From an uncultured Candidatus Binatia bacterium (GTDB lineage: Bacteria; Desulfobacterota; Binatia; UBA9968; CAXXLF01): a DNA stretch of 64,000 nt. The position numbers were made by a program, and so were the translations under genes. Position 1 is the first letter of the stretch. The number at the start of each line of letters is the position of its first letter. Under the pieces are notes generated by a model that was given only the letters and a program-made list of their open reading frames with translations, was not told the origin of the DNA and did not search any database. Positions 54,714 to 63,607 of this stretch are shown here, piece by piece. The stretch is taken from the NCBI GenBank assembly GCA_965218425.1, contig OZ244621.1:1504001-1568000 (forward strand), read 5' to 3'.

Positions 54714-56489
54714 CTAGGTGGATGTCCGCTCAAACCGCTGTAGCCCGAATCTCGAGCTCACCTTCCGAGCGACCAACGCCAGTGCAACGGATATGAGAAC
54801 AATGAACAAGCTGATGATCCCCGCCTCCTCCAGCTTTGCCCCTGAGTCGTCCGTCATGAACTCCAACGCCAGGATCGACAACGTCAACGTCTCGCGGGTC
54901 GCCAACAAGATGATGCTGGAGGTGGTGTTCGCCGCCAGGACGAAGTTGAAGATTCCAATCATGATCATCATCGGCAGAAGCAGCGGCAACCAGATCTTCA
55001 AATAGGTGCGGAGCCATCCTGCGCCGCTGACCCGCGCTGACTCCTCCAAGTCGGCGCCCAACTGTAAGATTACCCCCTTGCTCATCTGTGTGCTGAGCAG
55101 TTTCCCCTGCAAGACGACCACCAGCATAAGCGCGTAGATCGTGCCGTAAATCATCGTCAGTACGGGGGTCTTCAGGAACAGGGCCACCAGGGCCAGGCCC
55201 GCAACCATCCCCGGAATCGCACTGGATGTCCAGAAGACAGAATCAAGGACCCCCTTTCCAGGCCAATTCGTCCGCACCAGGACGAAGGCCACCAGCGAAA
55301 AGATGATGGGCGATAGTATCGCCGTGGTACTCGCCAGGACCAGAGTCGTCTTCAATGCCCGCTGGAATCCCGGGTCTCCCAGGATTAACCCCCAGTGTCT
55401 TGTGGTGAACAGAGGCGTTGCGTCAAAGAAGCCCACGCGGGTCATGAAGCTGCCGCCCAACAGCGTCAGGACGGGTATGACCGTCAGCATTGCCAGCAAG
55501 GTCACGATGGCCGCAAAAACGAAGGGTCTGGCCTTCCCTAGATCAATGAAGCCGGGCTTGTACTGTCCCGTCACTGTGGTGTACCGCCGGCGGGTGGTGA
55601 GCCACCGCTGCACCGGAATGACGATTAATAACACCGCCATGGTCAAAATGCCCAGCGCGGATGCAGGTCCGTACGCCGGGGGCTCGAAGAACCTGATAAA
55701 GTCGAAAATCCGCGTCGAGTAGATAAAGAACCCGACGGGCCTCCCCAGAATCTGCTCGATCTCGAAGGACTGGAACATGCGCACCATCATCAGCATGAAG
55801 ACCAGCACCATCGGTGGCGTCATCAGGGGCAACGTGATCCGAAACGCCGTTCCCATCTTCGAAGCCCCCGACGTTCTCCCGGCCTCTTCCAGGGAGACGT
55901 CCATGTTCCGAAAGGCAGGCGTCAGCAGCATGACGCTCTGCGATATGGCGTTGGCCATCAGATGGGCGAAGATGATGCCCGGGAGACTGAAGATATTGAA
56001 GACGGGCTTGTCGATGAAAGGCACCCACCGCATCAAGGCGATGTTCAGCATACCCACGTTATCGGCCAGGAGGAACGTCCAGCCGATGGTAACCGATAGG
56101 GTGGGCATCATGAAGGATATCCAGAACCCGAACTCCAGGTTCCTGCTGAAGGGGATATTTGTTCGAGCGAGGGTCCACGCGATGAGCACTGCCGTGGGGT
56201 ACCCTATGGCCATGTAGAGCGCGAACACCAGGATACTGTTGCCCAAGGCCCCGAAGATGCGGGCATCAGAAAAAGCGAGTTGCCAGTTCGCCAGGGTCCA
56301 CACGGTAGGCTGGCCGATGGCAGCACCATTGAAGCTCTGAAGGACGATCAGCGCGAGCGGGTAGAAAACCCAGGCGCCGAAGATAAAAATCAGGATAGCC
56401 ATCACAAGGAGGCCCCTGTGATCGCCCATGCGTGAAAACAGAGAGCGATTCCGGACGGAAATCAAGGGTGGCGCCAGCGGGACTGCCAT
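54714..56489 (-). CDS. ABC transporter permease, double-domain FbpB/AfuB type
   Basis: Two EAA loops (SLEEAGRTSGA, DLEESARVSGA). Confidence 0.9.
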   Translation of the reverse strand: MAVPLAPPLISVRNRSLFSRMGDHRGLLVMAILIFIFGAWVFYPLALIVLQSFNGAAIGQPTVWTLANWQLAFSDARIFGALGNSILVFALYMAIGYPTAVLIAWTLARTNIPFSRNLEFGFWISFMMPTLSVTIGWTFLLADNVGMLNIALMRWVPFIDKPVFNIFSLPGIIFAHLMANAISQSVMLLTPAFRNMDVSLEEAGRTSGASKMGTAFRITLPLMTPPMVLVFMLMMVRMFQSFEIEQILGRPVGFFIYSTRIFDFIRFFEPPAYGPASALGILTMAVLLIVIPVQRWLTTRRRYTTVTGQYKPGFIDLGKARPFVFAAIVTLLAMLTVIPVLTLLGGSFMTRVGFFDATPLFTTRHWGLILGDPGFQRALKTTLVLASTTAILSPIIFSLVAFVLVRTNWPGKGVLDSVFWTSSAIPGMVAGLALVALFLKTPVLTMIYGTIYALMLVVVLQGKLLSTQMSKGVILQLGADLEESARVSGAGWLRTYLKIWLPLLLPMMIMIGIFNFVLAANTTSSIILLATRETLTLSILALEFMTDDSGAKLEEAGIISLFIVLISVALALVARKVSSRFGLQRFERTST

Positions 56490-57053
56490 GGTTACAAAAA
56501 GGGGACGTTGCGTCTTTTATGGCTTTTCATTTCACCGGGGTTGTCACTCGGATCGCGCCTCATCGGGGTCAAGTCGCTCCGAGCTGTTGCCCAAACATCG
56601 GTTAAATAGCGCAATAGATCCAACCGAACTATAACCCGCCGTGTTTGTTTCTTCAAACCCCCGCCGCTTGCTGCAAGGCCATGGGATGGCGGCGGATCAT
56701 CCGGGGCCGTCCTTAAGCCATCTCACCAGCGCCATGATGGACAATCAGACCTTCAAAGCCCTGGGGGGGGAGAGAAAGGGGGAGCATGCGAATTTGGAGG
56801 AACAACCCCATACAAAGGAGATTGCCCATGCACTGCCGCGCTCAAGCATGGGCGCGACACGCATCCGTCTGCCTGTCTCAATAATCTTCTTCGCCCCGAT
56901 ACGGAAAGTTTACCCACGGCGTGAGAGTCTCGGTTCAGATCGGAATTGATCGCATCCGCAGGGAAAGGCCGGGGTCAGGTAACATGAAAGAGGGGTCAAG
57001 CTCCAGCAGGATGGCGGTTGTAGCGGCCGTCAAACCTGAAAGGAGAAGACCCC

Positions 57054-57119
57054 ATGCTTTACGTCGGGTTAGACTATCACAAACGATACGCTCAGCTAAA
57101 TGCAATCGACGAGAAAGGA
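57054..57119 (+). pseudogene. IS110-family transposase N-terminal remnant
   Basis: MLYVGLDYHKRYAQLNAIDEKG after an AAAGGAG RBS; homology stops after 22 aa. Confidence 0.7.
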
Positions 57120-57249
57120 TCGCATCCATGCTTTGGTGGACCGCGTCCAGATGTTCAGGATATTCCACAAGAGAATCGGCGCGATACAAGCTGGAATCCG
57201 AAGGGGAAGGGAACCCGGAATAGCAATAAGGCAAGCATGAACCCGACCC

Positions 57250-57468
57250 AGCCTGGGCACGGTCTTGCTCCTCGGATTCTCGTTTCGCCTGCAGAACCCG
57301 AATGGCCTCTTCGATGACCTCGGGATGTTCGAGCAGGTATTCCCTGACGATCCTCCGGACCGCATCCCTGTCGGGCATCGGGGCGGCTGCCGACCCGGTG
57401 CGGCCATTCGGGACGAATGACGTGCCGGCAATGACTGCCAGCAGTGGCAGCAATATTCGGTTTCTCAC
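57250..57468 (-). pseudogene. DsbA-family protein N-terminus, truncated
   Basis: Signal peptide plus VREYLLEHPEVIEEAI; cut before CxxC, at a transposase-end motif. Confidence 0.7.
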
Positions 57469-57526
57469 GAGTGGTATCCCTTGCGGTATTGCAATTTCAG
57501 AAGTCGTTTGTTCGCGAACAGCCCGG

Positions 57527-57961
57527 TCATTGCGCGTGGGTCGGGTTTCTCCCGGCCTGGATCTTCCGGATCCTGTCCGGCCAGGTGGAGCGGATATACG
57601 CCAGAATGTCCCATATCTTGTCGTCGGACAGAACATCGCCGAACCCAGGCATGCCGCTCTTGAACCCGGTCATGCCCCGCGCCTCCATCAGGCCCTTGCC
57701 GCCGAGTTTCGTGTAGTCGAAGAGCAGCCGGTTGTCGTGGTGCCAGGTATGGCCAGTCCGGTCATGCGGCGGCGCGCGCAAGACCCTGTCCGGCCCGATG
57801 CTCCGCCAGTCGGGCTGACCTTCGAGTTTGGCCCCGTGACAGGAAGCGCATTCCCTTGCGTAGAGCATCCGTCCGTTGCGGAGATCCCGGTTTTCAAGCT
57901 CATGGTCTGCGAATGCCACGGCGGGAAGCAGCAACAAGACGGATGCCAGGACGTGCTTCAC
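57527..57961 (-). CDS. Class I cytochrome c
   Basis: Signal peptide, CASCHG, APPHD.TGHTWHH, SGMPGFG; GTG start overlapping the upstream stop. Confidence 0.88.
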   Translation of the reverse strand: MKHVLASVLLLLPAVAFADHELENRDLRNGRMLYARECASCHGAKLEGQPDWRSIGPDRVLRAPPHDRTGHTWHHDNRLLFDYTKLGGKGLMEARGMTGFKSGMPGFGDVLSDDKIWDILAYIRSTWPDRIRKIQAGRNPTHAQ

Positions 57962-58095
57962 ACAACCTCGACCCATGTTTTCATGCCCGGCGCCTGGCGC
58001 CCGAGCGTACGGCAGTGCGGAAGCCATTTGCCGGGATTGCCGAACAAGCAGAGGATATCCCGGCTCTGCTGCGGCATGACCATCGTCGTGTCCCG
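57958..58095 (-). pseudogene. Multicopper oxidase C-terminal remnant
   Basis: Manual translation RDTTMV...NPGKWLPHCRTLGRQAPGMKTWVEVV*, a decayed HCHxxxHxxxGM motif. Confidence 0.7.
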
Positions 58096-58496
58096 GATGG
58101 ATTAATCATCCTCAGGTCTCGTCTACTTACAGAGCCACGTATTCGGTGAGAATATGGCATCATCCCGGTCGACCCCTCGGATGATCCAGGAGACGGAGGC
58201 GGCATTTCAGGCATAGGTGAGCCTGAATGAACAGGCCACTGACCCCAGGAGCCGCACCTCCGTCAGGACTCTTGTACTATATGCCCTCTTGTCCTGTCAC
58301 CTGCAAAATCCTATGGTAGACTCTGGTTTCGTTCGCCTACACCGATATTCAAGCCGTGGTGCCGGAGTGATGAGCCGTGGGTTGCGGCAATTAGAAGACC
58401 GTCTTCAAAAGGACAGAAATTTATACAAGAGAATTGGCGCGATACAAGCCGGAATCCGAAAGGGAAGGAAACCTGAAATAGCAATAAGGCAAGTAA

Positions 58497-58695
58497 GACG
58501 CCGGTTTCAAAAGACGACATGGCCGAGCCGCTCCACGTCATGCGACGGCGTGTTGACGCATATTGCGGCAGCCGCCACCCCGTGGTGTCGGGACAGTGCA
58601 ACCTGGGAGGCGACAGTGGCGGGAGACCTTTAGTGCTCTCTCAATAACTTTTGAGAAGGCGAGATGAATCATGTCAAATGTCAAGGTCTGACCCC
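58497..58695 (+). repeat. ~200-bp direct repeat, copy 1, ending ATGTCAAATGTCAAGGTCTGACCCC
   Basis: Four differences from 59428-59627 by eye; the last ~67 bp recur at 63184-63250. Confidence 0.95.
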
Positions 58696-58762
58696 TACAC
58701 GCGTCGGCATCAGGGAGTCCCAGGTCCGCTGGCACGTTGCCGCTGGAGCGTTCGATCTGCAT
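58696..58762 (-). pseudogene. XRE-family HTH regulator N-terminus, truncated
   Basis: MQIERSSGNVPADLGLPDAD directly after higA; cut at the repeat boundary. Confidence 0.65.
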
Positions 58763-58766
58763 CGAT

Positions 58767-59063
58767 TCACACCGTCGGCTGCGGCTGGTATCTCTCGACT
58801 TTGATCCGGTGTTCTTCCTTCCGCGCTTGCACGAGATCGTAGGTGGTCTGTCGGCGCAGCCAGAACTCGGCATTGGACCAGCCCGCCTTCTCCAGCCGAA
58901 TGGCCATCTCTGGAGAAATGGCCGCGTGGCCGTTGAGGACCCGCGAGAGGGTGTGACGGGCAACGCCCAGGACCCGCGCCGCTTCGGTCACGTTCAAACC
59001 GAGCGGGTCCAGGCAGTTCTCGCGGATGCTGCATCCGGGATGCGGGGGATTGTTCATCGCCAT
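58767..59063 (-). CDS. higA: HigA family antitoxin
   Basis: [41 protein letters not shown]. Confidence 0.92.
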   Translation of the reverse strand: MAMNNPPHPGCSIRENCLDPLGLNVTEAARVLGVARHTLSRVLNGHAAISPEMAIRLEKAGWSNAEFWLRRQTTYDLVQARKEEHRIKVERYQPQPTV

Positions 59064-59077
59064 GTTGCTGCCTCCTG

Positions 59078-59356
59078 CTAGTGGTAGTCGATCAGGTCGA
59101 CGTCGTAGGCATCGCCATCTTCGAAGCGGAAGATCACCCGCCAGTTTCCGGAAATCGATATGCTCCAGTACCCCTTCAGGTCGCCCTTCAGCGGGTGAAG
59201 CCGGTAGCCGGGCAAGTCGAGGTCCGAGGGCTTGCAGGCATCGTCGAGGTCCGCCAAGGCGAGCGCGGCGCGGCCCGCCAAGTCCGGACCCACTCGGCTC
59301 GGATCGCCGCGCTCGTACATGCGCTTCAGGCCGCGATGACGAAACCTTCGAATCAT
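59078..59356 (-). CDS. higB: HigB (RelE-like) toxin
   Basis: [36 protein letters not shown], terminal DYH. Confidence 0.93.
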   Translation of the reverse strand: MIRRFRHRGLKRMYERGDPSRVGPDLAGRAALALADLDDACKPSDLDLPGYRLHPLKGDLKGYWSISISGNWRVIFRFEDGDAYDVDLIDYH

Positions 59357-59361
59357 GAGGC

Positions 59362-59390
59362 AGTGTATCGCATACCGGTACGCATGTCAA
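59362..59390 (-). promoter_or_regulatory. higBA promoter with operator-like palindrome; probably leaderless mRNA
   Basis: TTGACA-N17-TACACT, 5 nt before ATG; spacer holds the imperfect palindrome GCATACCGGTACGC. Confidence 0.7.
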
Positions 59391-59427
59391 TTGGACAAGG
59401 GAACCCAAATAGCAAGAAGGCGTGCCT

Positions 59428-59627
59428 GACGCCGGTTTCAAAAGACGACATGGCCGAGCCGCTCCACGTCATGCGACGGCGTGTTGACGCATATTGCGGC
59501 AGCCGCCGCCCCGTGGTGTCGGGACAGTGCAACCTGGGAGGCGATATTGGCGGGAGACCTTTAGTGCTCTCTCAATAACTTTTGAGAAGGCGAGATGAAT
59601 CATGTCAAATGTCAACGGTCTGACCCC
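59428..59627 (+). repeat. ~200-bp direct repeat, copy 2
   Basis: Near-identical to 58497-58695. Confidence 0.95.
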
Positions 59628-59805
59628 ATAAACGCATTAAAAATATCGATTTGGGCAACAGACCGAATAGATCACAGCCTAACCCATCCTCTTCGCACTA
59701 CTCTGCGGTAATCGGCGTAAATCTGCGGTTAGTATACCTTCTCTGAACCTGGCGCCCTTTGCGACTTTGCGCGAGGTAATCCGATTTTTGTCCGCAATAG
59801 AGACA

Positions 59806-59839
59806 TTTTTGTTTGTCGTCGTCTCCCGACAAACAAAAA
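59806..59839. terminator. 13-bp-stem hairpin downstream of the NHase-like pair
   Basis: TTTTTGTTTGTCG-N8-CGACAAACAAAAA. Confidence 0.4.
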
Positions 59840-59973
59840 ATGAGTTCTCTGCGCTCTCTGCGCCTCTGCGGTGAATGGCCGAGTCCTAATCTTCAACTTT
59901 TATCCGGGGCGCTTTGCTGTTTGCTGGTCTGCGTGGGTCTACGGTTAAGTATCTTTTGACTTTGAAGTTTGGC

Positions 59974-60303
59974 TTACACCGGCTCCAGCCACTCCTCGGT
60001 CAGGTCCACTAGGATCTTGTCCTTCGACGCCTTACCGCTGATCTCGCTCACGTCGAACGCCACCGTGTACAGGTAGGGGTAGACCCCTCGGTGATCGTGC
60101 GGAGCGTACGTCGCCCCGTGGAGCTCCGCTATCACGCCTGTCTTGCCAAATAAATAAGTGGGCGTGCGCGGGTTGGCCCCCGTGCGGCTCATCCGCACTC
60201 TCACTTGCTCGCCCTTCTTGAACCGGTGTTCCATACCCTCTTTCCTCGCGCCCGGCCCCGACCAGGTAGTGTTCTTGGGCTCGCTATTCATTCGCTTACT
60301 CAC
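59974..60303 (-). CDS. SH3-like nitrile hydratase beta C-terminal domain protein
   Basis: RFKKGEQVRV, PRTPTYLFGKTGVI, YLYTVAF, VDLTEEWLEP; start either GTG 60303 or ATG 60234. Confidence 0.8.
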   Translation of the reverse strand: MSKRMNSEPKNTTWSGPGARKEGMEHRFKKGEQVRVRMSRTGANPRTPTYLFGKTGVIAELHGATYAPHDHRGVYPYLYTVAFDVSEISGKASKDKILVDLTEEWLEPV

Positions 60304-61358
60304 GTCTTATGATCGGCTTTACTCACCCCGACCAGACTCTCAATGGTTACCAGCTCCGCCAGTTTCTCCTCACTCCACCCCTCTGTCCAGGCCGGACGCT
60401 GCGGCAGGACTATCCAACGCAGGTCCGCCGTGCTGTCGTGCACCTGGATCGTCACCTCCTCCGGAACATTTAGACCGAACGTCTCCCTCAGCATCCCTCT
60501 CGGGTCCATCACGATCTGCTGCTTGTAGCTGTCGTGCCGGTACCACCAAGGCGGGTCACCGAACAGGTTGCGCGGGTAGCAGGAGCAGAGCGTGCACACC
60601 ACAACGTTGTGCACCGAGTCGGTGTTCTCCGCTACCCCCAGCTTGGCCAGCAGGCCCGGCGGGATGTCCAGCTCCCGCACCGCCTCCCGACCGTTGGCTT
60701 TCAGCCTCTCTTTGAAATCCGGATCAACCCACGCCCGCGCCACGATCCTCGCGCCGTTCTTGGCCCCAAGGTTCTCCTGCTGGGCGCGCCGCTTCGCTAA
60801 CGTCTCCTCGGTGAGCAGCCCGTTCTCCATCAGAGAGCGGGTGAACGTCTCCAGCACCTGCATGTTCTGCTTGAGCTCTCGGTCGAGCTGCGCAAGCCGC
60901 TCCTCCAACGAGCCCCCGTGCGCGCGCTTGGTGAACTTGAAGAAGGGGTCGTAGGCCCCGCTCTCCGTGCGCGAGTCGTCGATCACGAAGTCCACCTTGC
61001 CTGAGTCCGTGGCTGAGAGCGCAATGGACGACACGTAGTCGTCCAGCCGATCCTCTAGACTTCGGATGCGCTCCTCCAGCTCCTCGTGCTTGTGGTCGTG
61101 TTCATGGTTGTGCTCCTCTTCGCCCGTTTTCCCGTCAGATCGGATCAAGATGGGCTTGCCGGCTCCATTTGTCCCCATCCTCGCGGCCGTCGCGAACAGC
61201 GCGTGCAGCGGTAAGATGTTGCGCCGCACGAAGTGCAGCATCCGCGGCTCGCAGCGTTTGGCCCTCCAGTACTCCAAATCCGCCTCGATCGCCGTCACGT
61301 GGGCCTCGAAATCTTTCATGTTCGGGTCGGAACTCACCTGTTCAATTACGTCTAGCAT
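60300..61358 (-). CDS. Nitrile hydratase alpha / thiocyanate hydrolase gamma-type subunit with long N-terminal extension
   Basis: GARIVARAWVDPDFK, VVCTLCSCYP (Co-type), VHDSTADLRWIVLPQRP. Confidence 0.85.
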   Translation of the reverse strand: MLDVIEQVSSDPNMKDFEAHVTAIEADLEYWRAKRCEPRMLHFVRRNILPLHALFATAARMGTNGAGKPILIRSDGKTGEEEHNHEHDHKHEELEERIRSLEDRLDDYVSSIALSATDSGKVDFVIDDSRTESGAYDPFFKFTKRAHGGSLEERLAQLDRELKQNMQVLETFTRSLMENGLLTEETLAKRRAQQENLGAKNGARIVARAWVDPDFKERLKANGREAVRELDIPPGLLAKLGVAENTDSVHNVVVCTLCSCYPRNLFGDPPWWYRHDSYKQQIVMDPRGMLRETFGLNVPEEVTIQVHDSTADLRWIVLPQRPAWTEGWSEEKLAELVTIESLVGVSKADHKT

Positions 61359-61516
61359 GATTTACCCTCTCAGCGTCTGCAGTGAGACGCGCGGCCAACC
61401 TCGCGGACACCTGCATCCCCGCCCCCCTACAATCGCCTGCCAACATGGCTTTTAAGAACCGGAAGGGGCCTGCCGGAAAGAGCGACTAGCCTAAGACCTC
61501 TGTTTATGGGGGGTAA

Positions 61517-61544
61517 ATTATCCGATAATGGGATGTGATGTCAA
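61517..61544 (-). promoter_or_regulatory. Candidate promoter/operator for the NHase-like pair
   Basis: TTGACA-N16-GATAAT; palindrome ATTATC-C-GATAAT. Confidence 0.35.
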
Positions 61545-61720
61545 CCGGATGTAGCAGTAGAAGCAGTTGGGGGCTGAACATGGCGGTCAGAACTTGGGAG
61601 TCAGGCTGACCCAACTTTCGTTTTGATGAGTATCAATCAACAAACGTAAACTTGACTCTCTCACTAAAATAGCAAGAAGCAAGCATGAATTTTTTACGCT
61701 AACGCAGAAATTCAAGATTC

Positions 61721-62751
61721 AACGGTCTGTTGCCCAAACGTCGGTTCAATAGCGCAATGTGAGCCATTACCCCACGGTCATAGCACTCCAGAAAATTAGC
61801 TGTAGTCCCGTACTTGCTGTCGGCTACCACCACCTGGGCACTGCGTTGGGTATGGGCCTGATGATCCTTAAGGAGATCTGTCATGCGATGTGCTTCATTC
61901 TCATCCCCAGGGCCAACCATCGTCGCGGTAATCACCCCATACGCACCGTCAATCCCTCGGTGGGTCTGATAACGCAAATTAGAGTTCCCTTTCTTTCCCT
62001 TGCGTAGCACCGAGGCATCTGGATCGGTCGCCGACACGTAGCGCTGGTTGACAACGTTTTGCCGGGCAGGGTTCTGCGGTGGATCCTCATGCTTGTCCTC
62101 TCTTGCCTGTTCCCGCTCCTCCAATCGCCCCTCCAACTCCTTGTATGCTGGCCTCAGGTAACGTTTAAGCCCCTGGGTGTCTATGATCGAGTGGCTCGAT
62201 GCATCCGCAGCAATCAAACTGGAGTCGCAAAATAGCTTGCTCCCGTCTACTAACCCGCTCTCCACACACTGCCACACTACTCGTTCGAAAAAGGAGCGAA
62301 ACAACTCTACCCCCCAACGCCTCCTCGCCTTGCTCAGAACGCTGTGCTCGGGTATCTCCGAATCCAACTCCAATCCCAGAAACCACAACCAGTCCAGCCG
62401 CTCCGGTAATGTCGCCATCAACTCCCGCTCGCTACCAACGTTGTACAGCACCAAAAGCATCATCAGCTTTAATATCATTGGCGGTGCAATCGATACGTTG
62501 CCGTTGTATCCATATCGATCCTTGACTTCTTGGTACACAAAATCAAAATCCACCATCCGTGCTACTTTGCGTAACACGTGGTCCGCTCGTATTCGTTTCT
62601 CCAGATTGATCCCTGTGTAGAACAGTGAAGGCTGAGGGGGGGGTGATGACCCATCATAGCTTTGCTCCCTAAGTACCGAAATAACTGAGAGCATTATAAC
62701 CAGAGGGCTCTCTTAACGCATTAAAAATATCGATTTGGGCAACAGACCGTT
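61721..62751 (-). mobile_element. IS1182-family element with frameshifted, internally deleted transposase
   Basis: 18-bp perfect inverted repeat AACGGTCTGTTGCCCAAA; DUF772-type N-terminus, SATDPDAS, VVADSKYG; the MMGHH start at 62657 is out of frame across a C8 run; C-terminal part missing. Confidence 0.85.
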
Positions 62752-62791
62752 CTGTTGATAATTGGGATGTGAACTGTAATTTAGGCTATCA

Positions 62792-63178
62792 ATGTCACGG
62801 CCATTACGCATTGAATATCGGGGTGCAGTCCATCGTTTGATGAAACGAGGATCTGCCCGCCGAAAGGCGTTCCTAAGCAGGGGCGACTATGGGGAATGTC
62901 TGAAGGCGGTTTCACAGGCACACGATCTATGGGGGGTACAAGATCTGGTGAGGAGCCGCAGAGGAGGGGAGAACGAGGGGAGGAAAGTTGGGATGTGCCT
63001 AATGAGAGGCTAAGCGATATGACGTTGGTGGAAGTAGCCAGGGAGTTTGGAGTGAGGAGTTGGGGTGCGGCGGGCCGGGCGTGCCACGGGATTCAATTGA
63101 AGCGTGAGGCGGATAGAAGATTTCGGAGGCGGCTGGAGAATCCGGAAGATGTTGTTCGTCAACAATAGATTTGATCCC
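62792..63178 (+). mobile_element. Internally deleted Y1/HUH (RAYT-like) transposase with DnaA-like HTH tail
   Basis: MSRPLRIEYRGAVHRLMKRG (cf. MARPLRIEFPGAxYHV), then TLVEVAREFGV; ends GTCAACAATAGATTTGATCCC. Confidence 0.8.
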
Positions 63179-63183
63179 TTTGT

Positions 63184-63250
63184 TTTAGCGCTCTCTCAAT
63201 AACTTTTGGGAAGGCGAGATGAATCATGTCAAATGTCAAGGTCTGACCCC
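63184..63250 (+). repeat. Third, partial copy of the TGACCCC-ending repeat
   Basis: Two mismatches versus 58629-58695. Confidence 0.9.
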
Positions 63251-63255
63251 ATAAA

Positions 63256-63397
63256 ATCGCTCCGGTCGCGTGCTGAACCTGGGGGATGCGCTCATCGCCG
63301 GAACCGCCAAGCCCATGACCTCTCCGTCGCAACGAGGAATGTCGCGGACCTCGAGGGCCTGGACCTGGACGTGGCCAATCCCTGGGAGCCGCCGTGA
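63256..63397 (+). pseudogene. VapC/PIN toxin C-terminal remnant
   Basis: DALIAGTAK, frameshift, HDLSVATRNVADLEGLDLDVANPW*; begins right after TGACCCC. Confidence 0.75.
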
Positions 63398-63607
63398 CCA
63401 CCATATATATCACCCCTACGCAGGCTGAGATTGTCAAGTCCAAAAGCGCACGATTCCTCCCCTTTTCGACCTATCAGAAAGATTTCGCACAGTTCCCTTT
63501 TTTGCGGATTTAGGTGTATAATTTCCTAATCAAACGATATCGCCGCCGAGGTCGATCTGTAGCCGGCCGGGCGGCGGGCGCGACAACCGCCCAGGGAGCA
63601 TCTACCC

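Larger units (their letters stand above)
56580..59665 (-). mobile_element. IS1182-type end pair enclosing 3.1 kb of unrelated cargo
   Basis: 56580-56615 matches 61723-61758; 59631-59665 is identical to 62715-62749; same relative orientation as the 61.7-62.7 kb IS. Confidence 0.7.

Noticed and set aside
58497..63250. Repeats as a CRISPR array or integron attC array
   Set aside because: Repeats are long and irregularly spaced; no cas or intI gene; no attC core pattern recognised
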